Of a stretch of DNA of 64,000 nucleotides, positions 50,560 to 64,000 are shown in pieces. Both the position numbers and the translations under genes were made by a program. The notes below the pieces were generated by a model. The model was not told where the DNA came from, did no database searches, and saw only the letters and a program-made list of their open reading frames with translations. Source of the DNA: Macrostomum hystrix (taxonomy: Eukaryota; Animalia; Platyhelminthes); NCBI GenBank assembly GCA_950097015.1, contig CATNEN010000001.1:6758001-6822000 (forward strand). The letters are read 5' to 3'. How positions within the stretch are numbered: the first letter of the stretch is position 1; the number at the start of each line of letters is the position of its first letter.

Positions 50560-53190
50560 ATGTCGGTGTCTAACAGATAGAATTTCAGTATCTGACAGAT
50601 GGGATTTCACTGTCTAACAGATGGGATTTCACTGTCTAACAGATGGGATTTCACTGTCTAACAGATGGTATTTCAGTGTCTAACAGATGGGATTTCACTG
50701 TCCAACAGATGGGATTTCACTGTCTAACCGATGGGAGTTTACTGTCTAACAGATGGGAGTTTACTGTCTAAAGATGGGATGTCTGTGTCTAACAGATGGG
50801 ATGTCTGTGTCTAACAGATGGGATGTCTGTGTCTAACAGATGGGATGTCTGTGTCTAACAGATGGGATGTGTGTCTAACAGATTGTATTTCAGTGTCTAA
50901 CAGATGGGATTTCACTGTCTAACAGATGGGAGTTTACTGTCTAACAGATGGGAGTTTACTGTCTAAAGATGGGATGTCTGTGTCTAACAGATGGGATGTC
51001 TGTGTCTAACAGATGGGATGTCTGTGTCTAACAGATGGTATTTCAGTGTCTAACAGATGGGATTTCACTGTCTAACAGATGGTATTTCAGTGTCTAACAG
51101 ATGGTATTTCAGTGTCTAACAGATGGGATTTCACTGTCTAACAGATGGTATTTCACTGTCTAACAGATGGTATTTCACTGTCTAACAGATGGTATTTCAG
51201 TGTCTAACAGATTGTATTTCAGTGTCTAACAGATGGGATTTCACTGTCTAACAGATGGGAGTTTACTGTCTAACAGATGGCAGTTTACTGTCTAAAGATG
51301 GGATGTCTGTGTCTAACAGATGGGATGTCTGTGTCTAACAGATGGGATGTCTGTGTCTAACAGATGGTATTTCAGTGTCTAACAGATGGGATTTCACTGT
51401 CTAACAGATGGTATTTCACTGTCTAACAGATGGTATTTCACTGTCTAACAGATGGTATTTCACTGTCTAACAGATGGTATTTCAGTGTCTAACAGATGGG
51501 ATTTCAGTGTCTAACAGATGGGATGTCTGTGTCTAACAGATGGGATGTCTGTGTCTAACAGATGGTATTTCAGTGTCTAACAGATGGGATTTCACTGTCT
51601 AACAGATGGTATTTCACTGTCTAACAGATGGTATTTCACTGTCTAACAGATGGTATTTCACTGTCTAACAGATGGTATTTCAGTGTCTAACAGATGGGAT
51701 TTCAGTGTCTAACAGATGGGATGTCTGTGTCTAACAGATGGGATGTCTGTGTCTAACAGATGGGATGTCTGTGTCTAACAGATGGGATGTGTGTCTAACA
51801 GATTGTATTTCAGTGTCTAACAGATGGGATTTCACTGTCTAACAGATGGTATTTCAGTGTCTAACAGATGGGATTTCACTGTCTAACAGATGGGATTTCA
51901 CTGTCTAACAGATGGGATTTCACTGTCTAACAGATGGTATTTCAGTGTCTAACAGATGGGATTTCACTGTCTAACAGATGGTATTTCAGTGTCTAACAGA
52001 TGGTATTTCAGTGTCTAACAGATGGTATTTCAGTGTCTAACAGATGGTATTTCAGTGTCTAACAGATGGGATTTCAGTGTCTAACAGATGGTATTTCAGT
52101 GTCTAACAGATGGTATTTCAGTGTCTAACAGATGGTATTTCAGTGTCTAACAGATGGTATTTCACTGTCTAACAGATGGGATGTCTGTGTCTAACAGATG
52201 GGATGTCTGTGTCTAACAGATGGGATGTGTGTCTAACAGATGGGATTTCAGTGTCTAACAGATGGTATTTCAGTGTCTAACAGATGGTATTTCAGTGTCT
52301 AACAGATGGTATTTCAGTGTCTAACAGATGGTATTTCAGTGTCTAACAGATGGGATTTCAGTGTCTAACAGATGGTATTTCAGTGTCTAACAGATGGGAT
52401 TTCAGTGTCTAACAGATGGTATTTCAGTGTCTAACAGATGGGATTTCACTGTCTAACAGATGGTATTTCAGTGTCTAACAGATGGGATTTCAGTGTCTAA
52501 CAGATGGGATGTCTGTGTCTAACAGATGGGATGTCTGTGTCTAACAGATGGGATGTCTGTGTCTAACAGATGGGATTTCACTGTCTAACAGATGGTATTT
52601 CAGTGTCTAACAGATGGGATGTCTGTGTCTAACAGATGGTATTTCAGTGTCTAACAGATTGTATTTCAGTGTCTAACAGATGGTATTTCAGTGTCTAACA
52701 GATGGGATTTCACTGTCTAACAGATGGTATTTCAGTGTCTAACAGATGGTATTTCAGTGTCTAACAGATGGTATTTCAGTGTCTAACAGATGGTATTTCA
52801 GTGTCTAACAGATGGTATTTCAGTGTCTAACAGATGGTATTTCAGTGTCTAACAGATGGTATTTCAGTGTCTAACAGATGGTATTTCAGTGTCTAACAGA
52901 TGGTATTTCAGTGTCTAACAGATGGTATTTCACTGTCTAACAGATGGGATTTCACTGTCTAACAGATGGGATTTCACTGTCTAACAGATGGGATTTCACT
53001 GTCTAACAGATGGGATTTCACTGTCTAACAGATGGGATTTCACTGTCTAACAGATGGGATTTCACTGTCTAACAGATGGGATTTCACTGTCTAACAGATG
53101 GTATTTCACTGTCTAACAGATGGTATTTCACTGTCTAACAGATGGGATTTCAGTGTCTAACAGATGGGATTTCACTGTCTAACAGATGTC
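50560..53190. repeat. 22-bp minisatellite (GTCTAACAGATGGGATTTCACT) abutting the GPCR exon-1 donor
   Basis: About 120 units, ending roughly 10-15 nt from the donor at 53206. Confidence 0.97.
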
Positions 53191-53206
53191 TAACGCGCCC
53201 ACTCAC

Positions 53207-53986
53207 CTGTATGCGGCTCTGCAGAGCTCTGGTGGCATTGGAGGTGCGCAGTGGCTCGGAGCCCTGGCAGGTGGTCGATGAGCGGAACAGGACCCGGGCT
53301 ATGGCCGAGTACAGAACAGACAGCAGAACCAGTGGTATGAAGTAGAAGAAGGCCAAGTCGCCCAGATACAAAGCCATGTAGGCCTTATTACTGCGATCGA
53401 GTTTGTGACTGCACCTCTCAACTGTCAGGTTGGTGTTAGGCAACTGTTTGAACTTAAGAGTGGCCAGGTAGAACCAGGGCGAGTTGTACAGCAAGCCGAA
53501 TATCCAGATGCCGGCTATGATCCGCTTGGCCCGCTTCACAGTGCAAGCGGTCTGGGCTGTGATGGGGTAGCAGATTGCAACGAAGCGTTCAACAGAGAAG
53601 GCGGTGATTGAAAAGGCCGAGGTATTGACGCCGACGTAGGATAGATAGACTGCGATCTTGCAGCCGACTATGCCGCACAGGACCCAACGATCGCGAATGA
53701 CGTTCAGTTCGGAGACCATTGTTGCTACGCCAACAACTAGCGCGATTAGATCGGCTACGGACAATGAGACTAGATAACAATTGGTTGGAGTAAGCATTCT
53801 AGCCCTAGCTGTGACCACCACCACTATCACCAGGATGTTGCCGAATACACCGACGCATAGCAAAGCTAGGCAGAGGGTCGAAATGATGGACCGCAGTGGT
53901 ACAGGATAGTACAACTGATTGTAGGTTAAATTCCATTTGCTGCCATAGGTCAGCAATTCATCTATGGACTGTGCTGCAGATTCCAT
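53207..53986 (-). CDS. TRHR: TRH-receptor-like class A GPCR, exon 1 (TM1-TM5); spliced protein 392 aa
   Basis: GVFGNILV, TPTNCYLVSLSVADL, YLSYVGVNTSAFSITAFSVERFVAICYPITAQTACTVKRAKRII and FYFIPL all match the TRH receptor family pattern. CAG|GTGAGT donor, phase 0. Confidence 0.88.
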
Positions 53987-54281
53987 TTACGCTACTAAGC
54001 AGTTTTTATGATAGAATAGCTCAATATTCGTCACTTACTCGTAGTTTTCTTGCGGCTCTGGTGAAAGATAAACAGATTTATAGCTCTCTGTATAGACGGA
54101 GAGAGAGGGGTGAAATACAGCGCATTGAATGGCCAGTTTTTCCAGCCAATCACGGTCGACCAAAGCGAGTAAAGATAACACATACAATTCAAACTGACAG
54201 CTGACAAGTCCAACTGTTTTTGACTGGGACACTAGTCAGATTTGCGATAATAAAAATATGAATAGACAGCAAAGATAGATT

Positions 54282-56148
54282 GAACTGTGAGATCTGGGTG
54301 AGAGATAAGATGAGAGATGAGATATGGAACTGTGAGATCTATGTGAGAGATGAAATATGGAACTGTGAGATCTAGGTGGGAGATGAGATATGGAACTGTG
54401 AGATCTAGGTGGGAGATGAGATATGGAACTGTGAGATCTATGTGAGAGATGAAATATGGAACTGTGAGATCTAGGTGGGAGATGAGATATGGAACTGTGA
54501 GATCTAGGTGCGAGATGAGATATGGAACTGTGAGATCTAGGTGGGAGATGAGATATGGAACTGTGAGATCTAGGTGGGAGATGAGATATGGAACTGTGAG
54601 ATCTAGGTGGGAGATGATATATGGAACTGTGAGATCTAGGTGGGAGATGAGATATGGAAATATGAGACTAGAACTGTGAGGATGGTGAGATAAGTAGACT
54701 AGAACTGTGAGGACGGTGAGATAAGTAAGACTAGAACTGTGAGGATGGTGAGATAGGTAAGACTAGAACTGTGAGGACGGTGAGATAAGTAAGACTAGAA
54801 CTGTGAGGATGGTGAGATAAGTAGACTAGAACTGTGAGGACGGTGAGATAAGTAAGACTAGAACTGTGAGGACGGTGAGATAAGTAAGACTAGAACTGTG
54901 AGGATGGTGAGATAAGGAGACTAGAACTGTGAGGACGGTGAGATAAGTAAGACTAGAACTGTGAGGACGGTGAGATAAGTAAGACTAGAACTGTGAGGAC
55001 GGTGAGATAAGTAAGACTAGAACTGTGAGGATGGTGAGATAAGGAGACTAGAACTGTGAGGATGGTGAGATAAGTAGACTAGAACTGTGAGGATGGTGAG
55101 ATAAGTAGACTAGAACTGTGAGGATGGTGAGATAAGGAGACTAGAACTGTGAGGATGGTGAGATAAGTAGACTAGAACTGTGAGGATGGTGAGATAAGTA
55201 GACTAAAACTGTGAGGATGGTGGGATAAGGGAGACTAGAACTGTGAGGATGGTGGGATAAGGGAGACTAGAACAGTGAGGATGGTGAGATAAGGGAGACT
55301 AGAACTGTGAGGATGGTGAGATAAGTAGACTAGAACTGTGAGGATGGTGGGATAAGGGAGACTAGAACTGTGAGGATGGTGGGATAAGGGAGACTAGAAC
55401 AGTGAGGATGGTGAGATAAGGAGACTAGAACTGTGAGGATGGTGAGATAAGTAGACTAGAACTGTGAGGATGGTGAGATAAGTAGACTAGAACTGTGAGG
55501 ATGGTGAGATAAGGAGACTAGAACTGTGAGGATGGTGAGATAAGGAGACTAGAACTGTGAGGACGGTGAGATAAGTAAGACTAGAACTGTGAGGACGGTG
55601 AGATAAGTAAGACTAGAACTGTGAGGACGGTGAGATAAGTAAGACTAGAACTGTGAGGATGGTGAGATAAGGAGACTAGAACTGTGAGGATGGTGAGATA
55701 AGTAGACTAGAACTGTGAGGATGGTGAGATAAGTAGACTAGAACTGTGAGGATGGTGAGATAAGGAGACTAGAACTGTGAGGATGGTGAGATAAGTAGAC
55801 TAGAACTGTGAGGATGGTGAGATAAGTAGACTAGAACTGTGAGGATGGTGAGATAAGGAGACTAGAACTGTGAGGATGGTGAGATAAGTAGACTAGAACT
55901 GTGAGGATGGTGAGATAAGTAGACTAAAACTGTGAGGATGGTGGGATAAGGGAGACTAGAACTGTGAGGATGGTGGGATAAGGGAGACTAGAACAGTGAG
56001 GATGGTGAGATAAGGGAGACTAGAACTGTGAGGATGGTGAGATAAGTAGACTAGAACTGTGAGGATGGTGGGATAAGGGAGACTAGAACTGTGAGGATGG
56101 TGGGATAAGGGAGACTAGAACAGTGAGGATGGTGAGAAAAGGGAGACA
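54282..56148. repeat. Two adjacent related minisatellites: 33-bp (54282-54660) and 31/32-bp (54665-56148)
   Basis: GAGATGAGATATGGAACTGTGAGATCTAGGTGG, then GACTAGAACTGTGAGGATGGTGAGATAAGTA. They share a GAACTGTGAG core. Confidence 0.95.
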
Positions 56149-57821
56149 AGATCGGACAGAAAAGATCAGTGCAGTATTATGTCTTCGGAGTCCCTGAAAC
56201 GGACTCTCTTGTTGCTGGCCATTCTCGACATAGGAAGAAAGTTTTTTAAAAAAAAAAGCAGTAAGAAAACAGGCACGCGAAACATTAAGGAAGTGACTGA
56301 GGAACACAGACTGGCTGGCTGAGAAGTGCCAGGCAGAAGTGGCAGAAGAAAAACTCAGCATACCTATCAATGATGCTCAGCTAGGTTAGCTTATGCAATC
56401 CGATCAATGAAGTTCTATTAAGCCCCAAGCCCTGGACACTTTACCAGTTCAGTAGCAGATTCTCCAGTTTTGTTGACATTCATTCAGTTGTTCAGGAAAT
56501 TTCCTGCAAAGTTCTCTTCCCTTGGGGGTGTGCGAAAGATATTCTGGATTTTTTAGAATAATCTATAGAGACCCTTATCTCATAGAAACAATAAAGCTAA
56601 TCCATCCAATATGGATTGCTAATCTATCCAATATGGATTGCTAATCTATCCTGCGAGATCTAATCTATCCAATATGGATTGCTAATCTATCCAATTTGGA
56701 TTGCTAATCTATCCAATTTGGATTGCTAATCTATCCAATTTGGATTGCTAATCTACCCAATATGGATTGCTAATCTATCCAATATGGATTGCTAATCTAT
56801 CCAATATGGATTGCTAATCTATCCAATCTGGATTGCTAATCTATCCAATATGGATTGCTAATCTATCCAATATGGATTGCTAATCTATCCAATATGGATT
56901 GCTAATCTATCCAATATGGATTGCTAATCTATCCAATATGGATTACTAATCTATCCAATATGGATTGCTAATCTATCCAATATGGATTGCTAATCTATCC
57001 AATATGGATTGCTAATCTATCCAATATGGATTGCTAATCTATGTAATTTGGATTGCTAATCTATCCAATATGGATTGCTAATCTATCCAATATGGATTGC
57101 TAATCTATCCAATATGGATTGCTAATCTATCCAATATGGATTGCTAATCTATGTAATTTGGATTGCTAATCTATCCAATATGGATTGCTAATCTATCCAA
57201 TATGGATTGCTAATCTATGCAATATGGATTGCTAATCTATGTAATTTGGATTGCTAATCTATCCAATATGGATTGTTAATCTATCCAATATGGATTGTTA
57301 ATCTATCCAATATGGATTGCTAATCTATGTAATTTGGATTGTTAATCTATCCAATATGGATTGCTAATCTATCCAATATGGATTGCTAATGTATGTAATT
57401 TTGATTGCTAATCTATCCAATATGGATTGCTAATGTATGTAATTTGGATTGCTAATCTATCCAATATGGATTGCTAATCTATCCGATTTGGATTGTTAAT
57501 CTATCCAATATGGATTGCTAATCTATCCAATCTGGATTGCTAATCTATCCAAAATGGATTGCTAATCCATCCAATATGGATTGCTAATCTATCCAATATG
57601 GATTGCTAATCTATCCAATATGGATTGCTAATCTATCCAATATGGATTGCTAGTCTATCCAATTTGGATTGCTAATCTATCCAATATAGATTGCTAATCC
57701 ATCCAATATGGATTGCTAATCTATCCAATATGGATTGCTATTCTATCCAATATGGATTGCTAGTGTTGTACTTTTATGTGCGTTGTACTTTCATTATATA
57801 GAAACTAGTATTCGACCGGAT

Positions 57822-58175
57822 TCGGCAGGAGAGGTTGGGTCATCTGTGAGCTGTCTGTCAGGAGAGGTCAAGTCACCTGTGAGCTGTCCGGCAGGAGAGG
57901 TGAGGTCACCTGTGAGCTGTCCGTCAGGAGAGGTCGAGTCACCTGTGAGCTGTCCAGCAGGAGAGGTCGAGTCAACTGTGAGCTGTTCGGCAGGAGAGGT
58001 GAGGTCACCTGTGAGCTGTCCGTCAGGAGAGGTCGAGTCACCTGTGAGCTGTCCGGCAGGAGAGGTCGAGTCACCTGTGAGCTTTTCGGCAGGAGAGGTC
58101 GAGTCACCTGTGAGCTGTTCGGCAGGAGAGGTGAGGTCACCTGTGAGCTGTCCGTCAGGAGAGGTCGAGTCAACC
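57822..58175. repeat. 33-bp tandem repeat inside the LTR element (GAGAGGTCGAGTCACCTGTGAGCTGTCCGGCAG)
   Basis: About 11 units between the 5' LTR stub and RNase H. Confidence 0.9.
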
Positions 58176-58177
58176 TC

Positions 58178-59620
58178 ATGGTCCAGGAACGAGATCCTGT
58201 CGCTGGGGTGTGGACCGTCGACGAGACATCGAGCTGTCGCGTCTGGTGCGACGCCAGCAGCATCGCCATTGGAGCCGTCATCGAAATTGGTGGCGTCATC
58301 GTGGAGGACGCCTCATGGTTGCGAAAACAAAACGACGCTGCGCACATCAATCTGGCCAAACTTGAGGCGGTCATTAAGGGTCTCAACCTTGCCCTCGCTT
58401 GGGGTACGAGGAAAGTTGAAGTGTTGACTGATTCTGCAACCGTGCACGGCTGGCTCCAGTCTTTGATTGTAGGCGATAAGCCCGTGCGAGTCAAAGGTCT
58501 CGGTGAAGCTCTGGCTCGGAAACGGCTGTCATTAATCCGAGACACGGCGTCGGAGTGCGAGCTCGAGCTGCTGACGTCGCTGGTGCCATCTTCCGCAAAC
58601 AAGGCAGACGCACTGACGCGAGTACCGCAACAGTGGCTGCGCCAGCGGCCCTTCTGTGCAGTGGCGCTGCGCCCCGTTGACATAGATCTCCGTGCGTTCC
58701 ACGAGAAGCACCACTTCGGGGTGGACAGGACGCTCTACCTGGCCAAACTGTGCTTCCCTGAACGTGAGGTACTGCGTGAAGAGGTTGAGCGCATCGTAGC
58801 AAACTGCATCCGATGCAAGTCCGTAGACCCTGCGCCGATGATTTGGGACCATGGCAGACTCGAGGTGGATGCAAACTGGTGGCGCTTGGCCTTCGACGTC
58901 ACCCACTTTAAGGACGACCGCTATCTGTCCATTGTTGACTGCGGGCCGAGCAGATTCTCGCTGTGGCGAAAACTCACCGACGAGCGGACAGCGTCAATTA
59001 CCGGGATACTCGTGCAGGTGTTCCGAGAGCGGGGTCCTCCCTGGCAGCTGCTTCTCGACAATTCACCGACCTTCCGCTCCGCTGAGGTCCGTGCGTTCTG
59101 TGAGGCTTGGGGAGTGCAGCTCCTCTTCCGTTGCGCACACCGGCCGTCAGGCAACGGAATAGTCGAGCGCAATCATCGGACGATTAAGCGGATGGCAGCT
59201 AGAACCGGAAAGGACGTGCTGGAAATGGTGTTCTGGTACAACATGGCTCCAAAGGATGGCACTTGCAAGGACAGCGTGCCCAGCAGAATGGTCAGCACCT
59301 AGGACTGGAAGCCGCCAACTGTGTCTCTCCCCGAGGCCTTGGAGACCTTGGAGGCAAACCCCGCCCTGCCAGTGGGAACAGAAGTGTTTGTTAAAACGCC
59401 GGCCGTCAGATGCACCGAAGAGTGGCCCAGGGGACGCGTGACGGGCCAGAGACAAGGGTCTACGGTGGAGGTCGATGGCCTTCCCCGTTACGTAGCTGAC
59501 GTCCGCCCGGCACCAGACACGCAACAGCAGCCTCCTGGGGTGGAGCGAGCTGTCCAGCGGGATGCTGACCCACGACGGTCTAATAGGGTGAAGTCGGCGC
59601 CGGTCCGTTACGAACCTTGA
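58178..59620 (+). pseudogene. pol: pol remnant: RNase H + integrase, with an in-frame TAG at 59300-59302
   Basis: RNase H: WCDASS, HINLAKLEA, LTDS, NKADALTR. Integrase: HEKHH..CIRC, AFDVTH, LLDNS, GNGIVERNHRT. ORF 59321-59620 is in the same frame. Confidence 0.9.
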
Positions 59621-61581
59621 TCTCTTGTGATCCGGAGATCAGGGGGTGATGTGTTGTACTTTTATGTGCGTTGTACTTTCATTATATAGAAACTAGTATT
59701 CGACCGTTGCAGCTAAATATCCCATAGACAATTCGTTCTACCTGTTTGATTGCGAGGACCGCGTTAAGAGCGTTTGCGGCTCTAGCGTTTGTAGTAACTT
59801 GGGCTCTACCCAAATACACTAGACCACAGCTAGTCTATGTAATTTTGCTAATCTATCCAATATGGATTGCTAATCTATCCAATATGGATTGCTAATCTAT
59901 CCAATATGGATTGCTAATCTATCCAATATGGATTGCTAATCTATGTAATTTGGATTGCTAATCTATCCAATATGGATTGCTAATCTATCCAATATGGATT
60001 GCTAATCTATCCAATATGGATTGCTAATCTATCCAATATGGATTGCTAATCTATCCTGTGAGATCTAATCTATTCAATATGGATTGCTAATCTATCCAAC
60101 TTGGATTGCTAATCTATCCTGTGAGATCTAATCTATTCAATATGGATTGCTAATCTATCCAATATGGATTGCTAATCTATCCAATATGGATTGCTAATCT
60201 ATGTAATTTGGATTGCTAATCTATCCAATATGGATTGCTAATCTATCCAATATGGATTGCTAATCTATCCAATATGGATTGCTAATCTATCCAATATGGA
60301 TTGCTAATCTATCCTGTGAGATCTAATCTATTCAATATGGATTGCTAATCTATCCAACTTGGATTGCTAATCTATCCAATTTGGATTGTTAATCTATCCA
60401 ATATGGATTGCTAATCTATCCAATATGGATTGCTAATCTATCCAATATGTTTTGCTAATCTATCCCATATGGATTGCTAATAAGTAACTCAGTAACGCAA
60501 AATAATCTACTCTTTTCGAATCAACTGGGCTGTCAAAAAATTATATTTCTTGACAATGTTCAGTAAATATTTTACAGTTTACATGTCTGCTCAGTTTGAG
60601 CTGTCAATCAAATAGTTGACTAATCTAATCTGCATATAAAATACACAGCTCAGAAAATCATACATAAATAATGATTTCTCCATATCTGGCTGGATAAACT
60701 CGGGTAGTTTAGTGGCAGGAAGTTTTATCAAATATTTGTTATATTAAAGTCGTGTGATATTTAACAAATTCAATCATTTGAATCAATCAGTCACTTGGGG
60801 AACTAAGTAATAAAGTCTCTGATTAATAACAAACCGATATTTGCAAAGCACAATGTCTACTTTTTGTCCACTTAAGCCGCTAATACGAGCGTAGTGCTAG
60901 GATTGAGAATAAGCTTTAGATTTTACGCGAACTATAGAAGCCCGACTATTTGAGATTGGGAAAAAATAATTCAAAATTTAATACGTAATTCTATCGATTG
61001 ACATTTGAAGGCCATACACTTGGCAGTCGATAACAGAACCACTACAGTGGAGAGATCATGTCTTATTTCTTATTGATTTGACAGAACATATGCTCAGCAC
61101 TAAACTGTCTCTCTTCAAACTCATGAAGCGCATTTGTTTGCACAAGCTGTGCAACGAGTCACTGCTCTCCCCCCAACCTGCATGGCGCGATGACGTTTCG
61201 AATACAAAAACTAGAACGATATAAGTAGTATGATAAGAAAATGTCATCGAAAAATATGTGCATTAGTCTCGATAAATAGTTAATTAGCTTGAAAAATATC
61301 AGCTCTTCGATCAAAAAGTATGGATTTAAATGTACATTGCAAGAGCGATAAGGAACAGCGATAAAATGTCACGACACGATCTAAATCAGCAACTGGATTT
61401 CGAAAGATGCAATTAAGAATTCAGCAAGCTTCAGTTAAAGCAGGGAAGAACATTTTCTGTAACATTTTTACATAGAAATTTGTTGGTTCGAGAGAACAAA
61501 AACAACAAAACCAGGAAAAAATTAAAACAAAAATTAATAATTTGGAATCTAAAGTTCGATAATAATTTTAGTAATTTTCAA

Positions 61582-61858
61582 TTATTGTACTTTCTTTGGG
61601 ATAGCTCGGTAATATTTTATTTGCATGTCTCTGATCAGACTTTCGATAATTGATTTCTGCTCAAAGATTATTGAGTCATTTACATGGCCATCAGAGCGAA
61701 GTAGTTCTCGTATTGCCTCACTGCTTGGCACTTGCAGATTCAATGCGACAATGCTGGCTATTGTTAGTCGATCGCATAGGATTCTCTGGTTAATATAAAA
61801 GTGCAAAGCTTCCCTCATATGTTTGGCAGCCTTGCTGAAATTTTGAAGTCTCTGGGAG
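61582..61858 (-). CDS. Candidate exon of an unknown minus-strand gene
   Basis: Very strong acceptor (TTTTTTTTCTTTTCAG) followed by an open, protein-like frame SQRLQNFSKAAKHMREALHFYIN...RAIPKKVQ*. Confidence 0.4.
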
Positions 61859-62206
61859 CTGAAAAGAAAAAAAATTAACAATGAGAACAATGCCAACTAT
61901 TAGCTTTTTTAAAGCGATTTGAGGTATTTTTAACAATTGTCATAAATGTGCAGTCTGTATTATGAACATAAAATTCATTCATAAAAGCGAGACAGGGAAG
62001 TACAATAATATAGCTTAGCTAACAATGACACTATGTTTTAATCCAAGCTATATAACTATAAATAACAACTTTTAAATAGATATTGAACATTAAAGTACAT
62101 ACTACAGGCAATTTCCTAGCTCAATTCGCTGAGCATGTATAGGACAACTATGAAACTTAAAAAACTCAAATTAATGAGCTCATATTGTAAAGCGATCATT
62201 TGTGGA

Positions 62207-63797
62207 CTATAGTTCTCAAGAACTATAGCGGATAATAGTTCTCAAGAACTATAGCGGATAATAGTTCTCAAGAACTATAGCGGATAATAGTTCTCAAGAA
62301 CTATAGCGGATAATAGTTCTCAAGAGGGCGGATGAGGAAGCGGATAATAGTTCTCAAGAGGGCGGATGAGGAAGCGGATAAGAGTTCTCAAGAGGGCGGA
62401 TGAGGAAGCGGATAAGAGTTCTCAAGAGGTCGTATGAGGAAGCGGATAAGAGTTCTCAAGAACTATAGCGGATAATAGTTCTCAAGAGGGCGGATGAGGA
62501 AGCGGATAAGAGTTCTCAAGAGGGCGGATGAGGAAGCGGATAAGAGTTCTCAAGAGGGCGGATGAGGAATCGGATAAGAGTTCTCAAGAGGTCGTATGAG
62601 GAAGCGGATAAGAGTTCTCAAGAACTATAGCGGATAATAGTTCTCAATAGGGCGGATGAGGAAGCGGATAATAGTTCTCAAGAGGGCGGATGAGGAAGCG
62701 GATAATAGTTCTCAAGAGGGCGGATGAGGAAGCGGATAATAGTTCTCAAGAGGGCGGATGAGGAAGCGGATATTAGTTCTCAAGAGGGCAGATAAGGAAG
62801 CGGATAATAGTTCTCAAGAGGGCGGATGAGGAAGCGGATAATAGTTCTCAAGAGGGCGGATGAGGAAGCGGATAATAGTTCTCAAGAGGGCGGATGAGGA
62901 AGCGGATATTAGTTCTCAAGAGGGCGGATGAGGAAGCGGATAAGAGTTCTCAAGAGGGCGGATGAGGAAGCGGATAAGAGTTCTCAAGAGGGCGGATGCG
63001 GAGCGGATAATAGTTCTCAAGAGGGCGGATGCGGAGCGGATAAGAGTTCTCAAGAGGGCGGATGCGGAGCGGATAAGAGTTCTCAAGAGGGCGGATGCGG
63101 AGCGGATAATAGTTCTCAAGAGGGCGGATGGGGAGCGGATAATAGTTCTCAAGAGGGCGGATGAGGAAGCGGATAATAGTTCTCAAGAGGGCGGATGAGG
63201 AAGCGGATAATAGTTCTCAAGAGGGCGGATGAGGAAGCGGATAATAGTTCTCAAGAGGGCGGATGCGGAGCGGATAAGAGTTCTCAAGAGGGCGGATGAG
63301 GAAGCGGATAATAGTTCTCAAGAGGGCGGATGAGGAAGCGGATATTAGTTCTCAAGAGGGCGGATGAGGAAGCGGATAAGAGTTCTCAAGAGGGCGGATG
63401 AGGAAGCGGATAATAGTTCTCAAGAGGGCGGATGAGGAAGCGGATATTAGTTCTCAAGAGGGCGGATGAGGAAGCGGATAAGAGTTCTCAAGAGGGCGGA
63501 TGAGGAAGCGGATAATAGTTCTCAAGAGGGCGGATGAGGAAGCGGATATTAGTTCTCAAGAGGGCGGATGGGGAAGCGGATATTAGTTCTCAAGAGGGCG
63601 GATGGGGAAGCGGATATTAGTTCTCAAGAGGGCGGATGAGGAAGCGGATATTAGTTCTCAAGAGGGCGGATGGGGAAGCGGATATTAGTTCTCAAGAGGG
63701 CGGATGAGGAAGCGGATATTAGTTCTCAAGAGGGCGGATGAGGAAGCGGATAATAGTTCTCAAGAGGGCGGATGGGGAGCGGATAAGAGTTCTCAAG
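62207..63797. repeat. 26/33/34-bp minisatellite (GCGGATAATAGTTCTCAAGAGGGCGGATGAGGAA)
   Basis: About 47 units. Starts with a 26-bp palindromic variant (ATAGTTCTCAAGAACTAT). Confidence 0.96.
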
Positions 63798-64000
63798 GGC
63801 GCAGTCGCGGAGAGAAGGCTTGGGGGCTTGTCGTGCAGTTTACGCCATTGAGGGCCAACCTTCAAGGCACAGTGCGAGTGTACACTGCCTGACAGTGAGA
63901 AAGTCAGGTTAGATGTACACACCTGTGTGAGTGTGTGCATGCGTACGGTATTTGTGTGCGTGTGTGCTCAGGAGTGAGCAAAATGAGTAAACTTAAGTGC
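63797..64000 (+). mobile_element. Headless copy of the SINE at 12757-13050
   Basis: Colinear similarity (GGCGCAG..AAGGCTTGGGGGCTTGTCGTGCA..GGCCAACCT.CAAGGCACAGTG..GTGTACACTGCC..TACACACCTGTGTGAG..GTGTGCGTGTGTGCTCAGGAGT). Confidence 0.8.

Larger units (their letters stand above)
57764..59828 (+). mobile_element. Internally deleted Gypsy/Ty3 LTR retrotransposon
   Basis: TG...CA ends and 5-bp TSD GCTAG (57759-57763 / 59829-59833). 3' LTR at 59652-59828 preceded by PPT AGGGGGTGATG. Only 55 bp of the 5' LTR remain (57764-57818, identical to the 3' LTR start). Confidence 0.92.
56597..60480. repeat. 22-bp minisatellite (CTAATCTATCCAATATGGATTG) split by an LTR element
   Basis: Arrays at 56597-57763 and 59829-60480. 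Confidence 0.95.

Noticed and set aside
59300-59302. Programmed stop-codon readthrough in the integrase
   Set aside because: The element is otherwise defective and the stop is not at a gag-pol boundary. A simple Tyr-to-TAG mutation is more parsimonious.

Overview
Eukaryotic (animal) genomic DNA. GC-rich exons sit in AT-rich introns and intergenic DNA, and about 20 tandem minisatellite arrays (16-37 bp units) cover roughly a third of the window. This texture resembles a free-living flatworm such as Macrostomum, but the species is an inference only. Spliced genes reconstructed by hand: (1) the 3' part of a single-pass membrane protein (+, 8.5-13.4 kb); (2) a predicted secreted PAN/Apple + ALK/LTK-type glycine-rich protein (+, 14.5-16.3 kb); (3) a two-exon 581-aa unknown protein (+, 22.8-26.0 kb); (4) an intronless protein with a C-terminal RING-like finger (+, 28.2-28.9 kb); (5) a three-exon TRH-receptor-like GPCR (-, 38.7-54.0 kb) with a 13.1-kb first intron. 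Mobile DNA: two decayed THAP/P elements with CAAGGAC ends, two hAT-type MITEs, a frameshifted Crypton-like tyrosine recombinase next to a two-state hairpin, an internally deleted Gypsy LTR element inside a minisatellite, and tRNA-derived SINEs. No CRISPR, rRNA or bona fide tRNA genes were found. Most long ORFs in the track are translated repeats or antisense shadows. No single clearly novel system is proven. The best candidates are the kinase-less PAN-GRD protein, the Crypton-associated hairpin switch, and the intron-by-intron minisatellite architecture.
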